A program made the translations under genes and the position numbers. A DNA stretch of 60,653 nucleotides, counting the filler, from Nemertoderma westbladi (lineage: Eukaryota; Animalia; Xenacoelomorpha): NCBI GenBank assembly GCA_032718475.1. It is 3 parts of 3 records of this genome, joined end to end, with 100 filler letters (N's around TTAATTAATTAA, not from the genome) between each part and the next. Parts side by side here need not be neighbours in the genome. Positions count along the whole stretch, not along the records: positions 17,440 to 49,106 come from JAUCBJ010001703.1; 2 more parts are not named here. One strand, written 5' to 3'. The notes beneath the pieces are model-generated. The model was given only the letters and a program-made list of their open reading frames with translations, had not been told where the DNA came from and did not search any database. Shown here piece by piece: positions 37,570 through 49,206 of the stretch. Within the stretch, counting starts at the first letter, position 1. Each line of letters opens with the position of its first letter.

Positions 37570-38232
37570 TAAGGAGTTTACAAATAGATTTCCACGTACC
37601 TGTACACCGTAATAAGAACAGCGGTAGAATTCCATTGTCTTTATATGTGAACATTGAGGGTAGTACCCTTATGTGTCACATAGGAGCGGGATTTGTAGGT
37701 ATAAGAAATGGAATTCTACTTGGAACACACAATATTGAGACATTTTCAAAATTTTAGACAATCCATTTGGTTTTGAAAATTTTTTAAAATTTTCTCAAGT
37801 GAATAGATTTCAGGGTACAGTCGGGTGGAACTTAAAATTAGAGAAACAAGAGAATGGAAGACTCGCGAGCCTTTCTTAAATTTTAATTAAAATTTACACG
37901 GTCTTGTTTCAATAAGTTACGTCAAATAATAGACTCCCCTATATTTATTACTAACTCTTGATTGCTTATTTTCTGATAATAGTTTGGGATCAAAAAGTGA
38001 GTATTTTAGACTCACAGCCAGTTTAGCCCAAAATCGTTTTTATTTCGGCAAAAAATTTTTAGATAAGAAACAGCGTGTCATTAAAGAAACCCTAGATCTT
38101 AGGCTATGGGTAGGAGGTTAGAGCGTTGTCGAGCCAAAAGGGCAGACGAAAACTCTCACATCTCCTCACAACTAACAATAAACTCTATTGTATTCCCTCT
38201 AGTAGTATGATTATGTAACCATACCTCTAATA

Positions 38233-41200
38233 ATGGCGAAGGGGATACATGGAGAGCCGAGATGGGTATATGATATCCAAGAGGAAGCAGCAGCGCCATT
38301 CGAACGATTTGGAGCTAAGGATTACACCATATTTGGGATAAAGGATTTATCAGAAAGTACAGCGAAACTCGCAAAGACTAAATATGACTCGAACATATTA
38401 AAGAGAAGGCAAAACGCATTAAATGAAAGAATAGAAAGTTTACGAAAAACCTTCAATGAACTTTACCCGTACGACGCTTTATGTGATACGGGAGATATTA
38501 GCGAAGATCCCGATACCGAAATTAGTCGTTTGTATCATACTATGCAATACCTGAAGGCGCATGAACCTATGCCTGCGGTACGCGATGAATTCGATGGAAT
38601 GCATCTTAACAGACAAACTCGAGGGGACGATAGAGAAACAAAGGAAGCATTTTCAGTTTATAAACTTTATTATCAATATGGTGCTTGTATGCGCGAACAA
38701 CGAAATGCGATTCCGATGCGTTTGAATAAGGAAAATCCCGAACCGATATTGGCGAGGTGTTCGAACCATCAACAACTACGCTACCAGGAAGGAGGGTATC
38801 CTTTATCGAATCCATATCATTCATTCGCTATGACTGGACCAAAGGCGGGAGAAATTGTCGTTTACCCACCTAAGGTTGTTGAACCCGATGCATTTGAACT
38901 TACGCTGGACAAGGCGACTCAGTCAACCCACAAAAAGAAAGAAGCTCTTAGCCTATACAGAGCCTATAAGGCTTTCGAGAAAGGTGAGATGGAAGAATGG
39001 GGCGGAAGACTCGCGAGCCTACCTTACCATTGGACGTCACACAATCAAACTTCAGCTAAGGAGATGACACCGGAAGTTTTCGAGAGTATAAACTTTGCTC
39101 AAAACGTTATTCAGAGACTACAGATTGCATCCCCGGAAAGGACAAGAGAAATGCAACCGTATAGTACTTTGACTACGAAACCATTGAGTACGACACTCAA
39201 TTTCCCTATTAGTATACCAGTTCGACAAGATACGACGTATGAAATACCTATTGTGGATCATCCGGAAATCATTTCGAACTTAGAGTTTCTTCCTGCAGTT
39301 GTTCTAAGCGATATGGTTAAGATATATGATTTACGTAGACATATTACGCAAAAGGTCGTGCATAATGTTCCGCCTCATATTCAAGACTTTAGGGAACTGG
39401 ATAGAGCTGGCGCTGATATAGCTCCGAGTAACCTGAAAGGATATTTAACCAAAACAATTCGCTTATGGATTGGAACAGGAACCTTTGAGTCGGATACAGA
39501 TATCGCTGCAGACTGGCAAGGTAAAGTCATTCGTTTCGAGGACGAGAAAGACATCGAGAAGATTTGGCAACCTTCGGAAGAATTATTGGACGAATGGAAT
39601 AGGACGTTTAGATCGTTTCAGGAAAATGGAAAATGTTTTATGACAATGAGGGCGGCAGCCATCAGCAGAGTCTAACCTCCAAGACTATACAAATTAGAGC
39701 GGCAGACGGAGTTTTGCACGTTTTCAGTAGACAAAGGAGCGACAAGCGAATGCCGATACCTCCAGGAACTACCAAGCGGCACCATTTCATCACTAATATA
39801 GTAAAGAAGATGGACCAGGCTTGCAATATCGATGCTAGAATGTTACCAAAGATGGTGAGAAATATGATTTTAGATAAAACTGTTGTAAAGATTGGATCAG
39901 GAGTGAGAGAGGACTTAATTAGCGACTTCGCCGGCATGTCGGACAGTGACGACCGATTACCGACACCTTACGTCGACACTCGACCTCTTATACTGTGGTC
40001 TATAGAACAAGGATACTTCCGTGAGTATGATACTCAGAAAACCGGAACTGGATACATTTCCTATTTGATGTTTAATTGGGATTACAAGGAAAGTAAAAGA
40101 ACAAAGTATATCGAAACGTATGGAGAAGGTGATACTCCAGATATAAATGAGTTTGAATCACAGCTCAAATGGAGAGGATGCGTATATTGGGCTATTACTT
40201 CACCTCCAAGAGCGGTACTACAATATTATTTAGCGATAGAGTCATCAGTGAATGTTTGCTTAGTCGCCGACATTGTGTCTCGGACTCTTAAATGACATCC
40301 ACTTTGTCTCGGAGAAGATCATACATTCTACGCGGAAGGGAGAATTCATACCGATGTGTTTAGACGGTTTCTCGAACCCTTCTACAATTCCGACGCTCAG
40401 TGTAATGCCTTCACTCGAGCAGGATTTAGTATATTTCGAGACGTGTATCTTCGCTATGCGGGATCTCTTATCGAAAGACCATCTATGTTTACATTGTTAC
40501 CCTATGAAGGAGAACGTATCGTGGAGCTTACGGACGAATCACGGCAGATGCGCGCGCCTATCGGTCACTTAGGTGATGATTTCGAAGTAACAACGATCAT
40601 TGACGATCCTTTAGAGGAACTTCTTGAGATTGAAAGGAACCTCCCGAAGAAATCTCAGACGGAGATTCGACAACTAGAAGCAACAGATGCTGTAGTTTGC
40701 ATACAACCTTCTGAAACATACCAACCTGTAGATCCAGACGATTATGACTATAGTGTGGGAGGAAGCGCTCGACCCATTGGAGATCTTATATATGAGCGAG
40801 TGTGGTACCCTGCTAATACGATGTGTGGTAAATGTGGCAAACATCGTAACATGTAAACATGTAAACATCATTCGACAAAGTGCAGTGGAAAGCACATTAC
40901 TACGACTCAACTAATCTGTGGATGGTGTGGAGATCAAGGGTCCCATACATTTTATACTTGCTGGAGATTTATGGCTCAATGCACATACTGCAATATAAAG
41001 GGACATCGAGCATCTGAATGCCAACTGCGAGACATACCTTACGAACACGAATCTGTAAAACTCGTGCGAAAACTATTTGATGATTGGGAAGATTTAGCTG
41101 ACGAACATGTATCGGCGCAAAGAAGACGATTCCCGATGAGAGCGCATCTTGGATTTTGGGCGGTAAATCCCCAAACGATGATGTCGGAAGGATATATCTC

Positions 41201-41432
41201 TGCTATGCCACAATATGACAAACTTATCGAGGTAGTTGATATTTTGCCTCACGATAGTGGATTTCGAGTTGTGCGCGAATACTTGTTACAGATACACCCT
41301 GACAATAAGAATACATGGAATTTCCAGAAAGTCGTTAACCGTATCACATATGGTGAATTTGATCATTTCCGAACGGAAAAGCGGAACAAGGGAGCTTGGT
41401 TAACCGTCGCATGGGCGTACCTAAAGAGGTGA
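38233..41432 (+). pseudogene. BEL accessory ORF3: unknown N-terminal domain, DEDDy (WRN/EXD-like) 3'-5' exonuclease, three CCHC zinc knuckles
   Basis: ORFs 38233..39675, 39633..40295, 40356..40856 and 40971..41432 join through one frameshift and two in-frame stops. Motifs FYDNEG (ExoI), LPKMVRNMILDKTVVKIGSGVREDL (ExoII), QYYLAIES (ExoIII-like). Knuckles CGKCG..H...C, CGWCGDQGSHTFYTC, CTYCNIKGHRASEC. Confidence 0.75.
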
Positions 41433-42586
41433 GGTCTCTATAGGGGTGCGCTCAACAGGCGGCGGCGGACTCGTGAGGGTCCGGGGGCACGTTAAATTGC
41501 TTGGCTAAGTGCAAGGGAGATACTTAAGGCCCTCGTGTCTAACGAACCATGAATTGCCATGGTGCCGTGGTACCGTCTAGTCGGCCTGTTGCCGTACTGC
41601 CAGTCCTGTACACAGTAGGGGTGGTGGCATGGCGTGATTTGTGGTTCATGTGGCGTGAACTATGTTTTGTATGTGGGCAATCAGTGGCAGTTTGCTTGGG
41701 GCTTGGATGGTTCCATTGGCCATCAGCTGTTCCGTTTTTTTTTGATACTATATGTTATTGTCTCCATGTTCAGCTGATTGGTCTTTGGTGGCATTGGAAT
41801 AAACCGTCTGGGTCTTTGAGCTTTCTGTTGCTGTGGGTACGTGAGTACACGTGATTGTATGTGTGGCCACTGTGAGTGAGTATGGGAACCCTTGCCAGTT
41901 GGACCAGACGCCGCTGGTATTAGTAGGACCATACTTTACTGCGCCCCAGCATACTTTGTGCACACAAAGTTATTTTACCCTGTCGGTAAAATAAGGTACT
42001 CTCGACTCTTTTCCTGTGGTTCTTGTCGATACAATTTGTCCCCTCTGATTTGACCCCGATTTTGTCTTACCCGATTATGTCATCTGTGTGTGCATGGTAT
42101 GTGTTCGATTTTGTGCTTACCATAGTGTACTTGATTTCGTGAACATCTGTTGAGTACACGTATACAGGACGGGTAAGTGGTTACTTGTTCCTAGCTTTCG
42201 AGCTAGTCAATATTGTTTGTGGAACTTACTTCCCCTCAATATTGCCGGCGAGGCAGGTGAAAACGAGTCAAAATTCCATGTTGGGTAGCGCAAGCCCACT
42301 TGGGACAAGACCGTCGGTTAGGCCCAAGGGCGACCTTGGTGCTCGATCGCTATCGACTGGTCCACCTGCCGGTTGACTCTTTGTTATACTTTGAGTTGGC
42401 TCAATGTACAGTCAGGCCACAGTAAGTTGACAGTAGCCGCCCATCTGGCTACACGTTCAACGAGCTGTGCCGGTGTGATCGGGGGACCGAAAACAGAACC
42501 CGGGAAGCATCGGGCCACCCTCCGGCCCGGTCTGATAATAACATCTGTCGGACTGGCCCCAGGGGTGGTGGAAACACGTCCGCCTC

Positions 42587-43180
42587 GTGGGTGCGCCTCC
42601 GGGAGGAGCCCAGAAGGACGAAAGCGACCGAGCCGCGTTCTATCATAAACGTATACGAGCAAGCGTATTCGAGGAAGAGGAGGTCCTAGAGGCGACCAAC
42701 ATACCAGCTACTCCGGTCGCGCCGTCTGCACGTCACCCTCGGGAGGACGGACAGCATAGGATCATAAGGGTTTAGAAAGTGGGCCAACAATTAAAGAAAA
42801 CTATCAATGTTGAAGAACGAAGGGGATACGAACCGACTATTCGGATTACTCGGGATACGGTTTCGCTTCCCAGAGAACCGCAAGGAGGATCGGGACATAT
42901 ACCAGCTGATCAAAAGGGGGCGCAAGCTTCTCTTGGGTCTGCGTCGTCCGCTTCTCGCGCGTTCCCAGACGTTTTACCAGCGGTAGATACAACAGATCGG
43001 TCACGAGGAATTGGACGAGGATTTGGGATAACTAAGAGACGAATATGTGAGGAAATGGTCGTACCATCTCCCAACGTCCAAAGTAAACCGGTGGCTCGCC
43101 CCACAAGTCCCATATCACGAGCTAAATCACCGATACGCAGTTTTCGAGGACGCGGCAGGGCTCGATCCGCTAAGCGTTAA
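42587..43180 (+). pseudogene. Possible further BEL accessory ORF (low-complexity, Arg-rich tail)
   Basis: ORFs 42587..42775 and 42779..43180 are in one frame separated by a TAG. GC-richer than the flanks, ending RGRGRARSAKR. Confidence 0.35.
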
Positions 43181-43229
43181 AGCGGGAAGGAAGGAGTGGA
43201 CGGAAGACTCGTGAGCCTTTCTTATGAAT

Positions 43230-43810
43230 TGTTTGTTTTATGTATTGTTTTATGTATTGTTTATGTAAATTGAATTGTTTATGTAAAGTGATTGTTTAAA
43301 ATTTATATTGCTCTAAATTTATGCAATTTATATTGTTCTAAATTTATGCAATTTATATTATTCTAAATTTATGCAATTTACATTGTTCTAAACTCATGTA
43401 TTTGTATTGTTCCAATTTTGAAATTTAGAAAGTTTTATATTTAGAAGGAATTTATATTTGAAAGATTTATATTTCATATTTGAGATGTAAAAGGAGTTTA
43501 TATTATTTTAAACTTATGCAGTATTATTCTAAACTTATGCAATTTAGAAAGATTTATATTTAGAAAGTGCTATATTTGTAGTCATTCCAAACTTACGCAA
43601 TTTATTGTTTCGAATATTATGCAATTTATATTTTATAAAGAAGCAGTATTTGTATTCACAGTAAATAGAAGGCAAGAGCAGACGGAAGACTTGTGAGCCT
43701 TTCTTGTGATTTATTTGAAATTATTCCGAACTTATGCAATTTGTTTTATATTTAAGTAGTATTAGTATTTGTGATTGTTTGAATTTATGCAATATTTGAG
43801 ATGCAATAGA
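43230..43810. repeat. Degenerate AT-rich ~25-bp tandem repeats in the BEL 3' UTR
   Basis: Recurrent AAATTTATGCAATTTATATTGTTCT-like units. Confidence 0.7.
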
Positions 43811-44040
43811 TTTATTTTGGTGAATTTAATTTAGATTTATATTGTACTTACTTAATAAAGCCTTAAATACGTAAAGTTTGAATTTGTAATTATTTTTGTA
43901 TCGAATTATTATGTAGAGGTATTATTGTTGAGATTTAATTTGTAAATATGTAAGTACGTCCCAAGTATTCCATAATTTGATTTAGTATTGGTGAAAACCG
44001 TATATTTTATGCACGATAATATCCTGTTTTCATGGAGCGG

Positions 44041-44907
44041 TATAGAATTATATTCTCATAAATGCCGTGGATTTTCAAAATTTTATTTTGTTCGAATTAA
44101 CTTTGCTATAAAGATTACATTAAGTCCTCATTTGCATTCAGTATATCTATTTGTATAACATTGTTCAAGTGGTTCAGTAGCTCAGTCGGTTAAGCGTTGG
44201 AAATTCGTGTAGTAGGTATTGAGTTCGAATCCTAGTAGGTGCGAATTATTTTTTGTGCAGAGTTTCAACTCATTTAAATTAACCGCTACAAATTAAATTG
44301 CATTTGCTCAATGTAGATTAACCAATAGGATTGCAGTTATTAGATAGTAACCAATGTCGTGCAAGATACGTGTTCGCTGGACCAATAGTTATCTTTAAAA
44401 ACCTATTAGAACTCATAGAACAATCTAGATTTATCTCGATTGATTGCAGCACAAATTTGCTATAAAAGGTGCGATTTTGTTCATTAGCTATATCGTATAC
44501 ACTTATTATCTAGCTTATCTTATCTCTTAGTATTATCAGATTATCACTATTAGTTTCTTGTTACGTTTATTGTATATTAGTTTTGTAATAAAAGTTAGAA
44601 ATACTTGTTACATCTGCCCTTTTCCTATCATGTTTTACCACGGTGAACCTAACTGAGGGACAGGATGGCAGGCTAAACATCGGGCCACAGCAATGAACGG
44701 GAACATCTGAGGAATGTAGAAGGAGACAACCCGCAATATCATTCTTAGTTATTCGCCCATCGCCTGAAAGGTTAGACAGCGTTCAATGCCTTGCTACCTA
44801 AGTGTAAGACCAAAGATCGAAGGTAGAGGTAGTGACACGCTGTGCGCTAAAAATTACATCTAGGGACCGTACTGTCTTAATTCAGAGAAAACCCGCAGTA
44901 GACCTTC
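44041..44907 (+). promoter_or_regulatory. Putative BEL 3' LTR (boundaries uncertain)
   Basis: Follows purine-rich GGAGCGG. Three CCAAT boxes (44322, 44351, 44382), TATAAAA at 44461, AATAAA at 44587. The 5' LTR is not in the window, so the ends cannot be confirmed. Confidence 0.5.
44169..44254 (+). ncRNA. tRNA-derived Pol III cassette (A box, B box, T-run terminator); not a canonical tRNA
   Basis: TAGCTCAGTCGGT at 44178-44190, GAGTTCGAATCC at 44221-44232, TTTTTT at 44249-44254. Acceptor and anticodon stems pair poorly. Confidence 0.6.
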
Positions 44908-46749
44908 ATATTCCTACGGGGGGGAGAGGAGATCAGGCAGAAAGATACTAGTACACAGATAGGACGCAGGCACACCGGTACAAGGCATACACATTGGTAG
45001 GGTGCAGCAAACTGTACGCCTAACTCTTGCTAAGTATAGGTGCGTCTGTGACTGTTTGTAGTACAACGGTGTCCATTGCATTTGAACTTGTAGGCCAGAA
45101 GGGTTACTGTGTTTTACCTGAATTAGGATTGTACCGTTCAGGCGGTAGGGCAGTTTACCACTAGGCGCAAATAAATTGAGGCTATTTAGGGATACTAACA
45201 TCTACCGTGTCCCTGCCAACATTCTGTTAGGAAGTTGCCGTGCCCATCTAGGCAACCAAAATTCTAGATAAGAACACCAGGCTAGCTATTTGTAACAGTA
45301 CGCCTACTGTAGTAAACTAACACATTTCTTCTTAGTATTAGGGACCTGGTAAATTAAATTGCCGAATTCTGGGCGTAGTATTAACCTTATGCCTGAATTT
45401 GAGTCCTGGAAATACACGAAAGGGGAAGGAGCCTTATCATTCGTGAGTATTGGACCTACAAGTTACAAAATTAGAATATTTGTAAAATGCACACCGGACC
45501 CAGTAATTATATATGTGAAGGAGCAAAACTGACTTTGACTGTTTAGAATCAAGACACACGCGCGTTAGAAATTATTTACACCTCAAAATATATAAAATAA
45601 TTTTTGTCCATACTGCGCTTTGCCCGCTAGTTAGACCTTTCTGCACCTAGCTAGCGTCTCTCTATCCCAACCATATAAATCACACCGCGGCAAAGTATAC
45701 GAGCCCCTTAGTCCGTCAGTGAGTCAGCCTGATTTTAGGATTCGCTGCGCGGGATTTTGTTTTATCGAAGTTTGTCCGTTCGTAGACTGTTTTCTGCCTC
45801 ACCGGTTATAAGAGACCGATACTGCAATATATATTCGCTTACTTAGAGTTTACTGTTTTGGTGAGAAGGTCGGATTATGATTTGATTCACAAACTTTACA
45901 GTAGGATATTGCAGGCATTAGGTACGTCTCTTCGCATAAATAAAGTTTATAGAAACAAGTATTACTTACGTTATGTATAGGTATATCATTTATATATTGT
46001 TTTTTGTATTCCGTGTCTTACCTGTTTTTAATTATTCTGGCCGAGAAGATTCCATATAAGTGTGCAACTTGTTATTGAATCGGCCCAACTTGTTTTGGAA
46101 AAATATACATTATATTATATTAAATAACCACCCACCCGGTATTATATACTGTATATAATCAGTGGATTATTGGCATAAAACGGTGTTGTTATACGGTGTT
46201 ATTAAAAAGTACAAAATATATTGTGCAGCTTTGTGTTACACTGTAAGATAATTTAATATAAACAGTTTATCATCACAATAATAATAATAATATCATAATT
46301 ATTATTATAAAACATCCCAAAATCCTATTACTAACAAATTTATTAATGAACTACAAAAAGTTTACAAAATGTTATTACATATTATAAATTTTTTCGATTA
46401 GTATCGTTTGGTCTCGGTCAATGTTTGCTATTTACACAATAAATTGTAATTTTCCCAACAAAAATTTGTAAGATTTTTTAGATATAAAATACGGGTTTTA
46501 GGTCACGTTGAATCGATTGGTAAATAAATTTTGGGACTATAAAAATTACTTTATATTTTATATATTATTATTCTGCGTTATTCACTACGTATTTATTGTT
46601 GGGCAACTTTAATGTATGTAAATTCAGATACCTAAATTTATAAAAATTTATATTCAAAGTTTAATATGTAACAAACTCGAAATATTAATATAATTAATTA
46701 TCTTTCAGTTTTATTACTTGTGTTTTACTGCCATAATTAATTATTCCTG

Positions 46750-47022
46750 TCATATAACGTATTTATAAAGTGCCCAGTAGATGGCGTTAAACAGAAAGAA
46801 CGCCATAGGGAATGCTATACGAGACACGGCGTCGACAGTTTCCGATAGTGTCCGCTGAGGGGGGCCCATTACCGCGCTCCAGATAGACGGCTGTCTACGG
46901 CGTGTCGGGTTCCCATGGTTACCCGTTTGTTGCAGCGGTACTAACTCCCCATTGGCTGCGTTGTACCGGTATGACTCAGGGATTTCTTCTGTTGTTATCG
47001 CGTTGTTATTACGAGTTCCGCC
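46750..47022 (-). CDS. Glycine-receptor-like Cys-loop chloride channel, terminal exon (M3-M4 loop end and M4)
   Basis: 273-bp phase-0 exon after a TTTATAG acceptor, ending VDAVSRIAFPMAFFLFNAIYWALYKYVI*, similar to GlyR alpha M4 ([21 protein letters not shown]). Confidence 0.9.
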   Translation of the reverse strand, partial: GGTRNNNAITTEEIPESYRYNAANGELVPLQQTGNHGNPTRRRQPSIWSAVMGPPQRTLSETVDAVSRIAFPMAFFLFNAIYWALYKYVI

Positions 47023-47553
47023 CTATAAAGTAAAAAAGTTAAGGAAAAATAAAAGTTGATTTGAATTATTTATTTCCATTAGCAATTTTTTTTAGACATG
47101 TGGTGATTTTCCCTAAAAAGAACGAACACATCGATGTACATAATATTTTATTTTATAGTTATATATATACAGTATATATATGTTTGCATGTATATTCATC
47201 CGTAAATGGATAAAATTGACAGCGTTAATTTTTCAAGAATCTCAATTTACTGTACGTCAATTAATAATGGGTCTACATTATTTAAACAATAGTATTGACA
47301 CAGTATGTACGTAGATAAAAACACAAATAAGTTTTGTGTAAATAAAACAAAAATAATTAAACGCTAAAATTCTAATTAAATAAAACATATCCACGTACTG
47401 TCTATAAATAAAAAATATATTTGAAAGCAAATTAAGCATTTATATAAACATACATATTTGTATCTAAATAAAGCATATTGTGGTATGTAATAAATACAAT
47501 ATTTAATTGTATATAAAAACAATATATATCATAATTTAAATTATGATTAATTT

Positions 47554-47788
47554 AGTCAGATGAGGACCTTCGAATACGTAAGGGAAAGGCATGAGCAGCC
47601 TGGAATAGGCTTTCCAGGATTTGGAAGTCACCGAGAATTAATCGGAAACTTAAGGTCCGATTATTTAGAGCAGCAGTAGTTCCAGTACTCCTCTACGGGA
47701 GTTCATGCTGGGCTCTAACTGCTGAGGACACCAAATCTCTGGATGGCACATTCACAAGAATGCTACGCCGGGTTCATTGTGTCAAGTA
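47554..47788 (+). mobile_element. 235-bp internal fragment of the RTE family found at 52775-54211, in a channel-gene intron
   Basis: Colinear and near-identical to 53615-53849. No tail. Confidence 0.85.
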
Positions 47789-47856
47789 TTTTTACATCGT
47801 TAAAACATAATTTTGAATTTGTAGTTAAATAAATCATTGTTTTCTCGGCTACTCAC

Positions 47857-48004
47857 ATCTGCGTCGTCTCCCTGGGAACTGGTATGAAATGGACTGATAT
47901 CTGGTGAGGCTATTGGTGCCAGTCCTCTGTGTTCTGGTGACTCCTGGTACGTGACTCTTCTCTTTTTCTTGAACTGTCTTGTCATTGATCTCTGTTCGTG
48001 TAAC
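47857..48004 (-). CDS. Glycine-receptor-like channel, M3-M4 loop exon
   Basis: 148-bp exon, phase 2 to 0 (TAG acceptor, GTGAGT donor): (R)LHEQRSMTRQFKKKRRVTYQESP...DAD. Phases match both neighbouring exons. Confidence 0.8.
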
Positions 48005-48585
48005 CTAGAATTGATCAGAGAGTTAGTATATCTGGGGTAGAAATTACTATTAGAATCTACTTACATAATTTCAAAAATAAGATAATTAAACATCTTGTAA
48101 ATAATTCTTATTTAGTTGTAAAAATATTTCAAAATAATAATTCGAAAAACCCTATTCTTACTCAATGTTTCATTCAGCCAGGTAGTTAACCTCAACTTTC
48201 TGACAAATTGTGACGATTTATTAACAGTGTCGTATCACCCATAACTAGAGGCAAAGTTCATTCAACAACCAAGGCAAATATCAATCACTGGATACGTTTA
48301 ATAATTTGCGTTATGCGTTATACGTTGCGTGATACGTTATGATCATTGACGAAATGATAATTTCCATGAACCCTAATGGGGTTCTAAATTAGGATCTCTG
48401 GAGATAATGCAAAGATACGTATTCAATGCAACTGGTTTCACCACAAATATTTGAACTCTATATACTTTTTCTTAATTATGATAATTGTGGTGACATCTAC
48501 GTGAAAATCAGCATCACATTCTACCTCAGCGGAGTTAAACAAAGATTACAGATACTTTATCAAATATAATATAATGTATTCATAC

Positions 48586-48706
48586 CGTGCAATAAAGTTA
48601 ACTGTTGAGAATTCTAGAAGGGCAGCGAACGCAAATACCATACAGACTGCCAGCCAGACGTCTATAGCCTTTATGTAGCTAACTTTAGGGAGGGAATCCT
48701 GTGAAC
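48586..48706 (-). CDS. Glycine-receptor-like channel, M2-M3 loop and M3 exon
   Basis: 121-bp exon, phase 1 to 2: [40 protein letters not shown], matching GlyR [36 protein letters not shown]. Confidence 0.92.
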
Positions 48707-49106
48707 CTGAGAAAATTAGATTATCATTTTAATTTAATAAACCGTTTTCTGAATATAAATTTACAGTTAATTTATGAAGCGCGAACTTTAAGTTTGTGAT
48801 GGGGCAGGGCCAACAAGCAAGCTTAGCATGTGGGCAGCACTGCTTCAAGAGCTGAGAAAGTAGTGACCATCTAGCAGGAGACAGAAGAACTTATAAGTCG
48901 CCTCACACAACTACATGTACAACTACATGTATACTAATTTTGGGTTCATTTCACCAGAAATAGTGAGTGCTATTAGCCTTCAGACATACGGACTGAATGG
49001 CAATGGTTGAAACTACAGTGTGCTAAGCTCGCTTGGTACTTCATCGTTCAACCCACAATTTGAATTGCTTTGGACCTCAACCGCTCCTGTACAGTAATAT
49101 GTCTTT

Positions 49107-49206
49107 NNNNNNNNNNNNNNNNNNNNNNNNNNNNNNNNNNNNNNNNNNNNTTAATTAATTAANNNNNNNNNNNNNNNNNNNNNNNNNNNNNNNNNNNNNN
49201 NNNNNN
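49107..49206. other. Assembly gap with TTAATTAATTAA linker
   Basis: N runs flank TTAATTAATTAA at 49151-49162. Confidence 0.95.

Larger units (their letters stand above)
24006..44907 (+). mobile_element. BEL/Pao LTR retrotransposon with accessory ORFs (5' part displaced by the Maverick; 3' boundary approximate)
   Basis: gag-PR-RT-RH-IN order with BEL-type motifs, then an extra 3' ORF and an LTR-like promoter/poly(A) block. Multiple stops and frameshifts. Confidence 0.85.

Noticed and set aside
37681-37710. GGAGCGGGATTTGTAGG after pol as the PPT and 3' LTR start
   Set aside because: Element-specific motif copies and ORF3 continue for >6 kb, and the promoter and poly(A) signals lie near 44300-44600. 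It may be an internal PPT-like relic.
44169-44245. Functional tRNA gene
   Set aside because: A and B boxes are present, but acceptor and anticodon stems do not form a proper cloverleaf.
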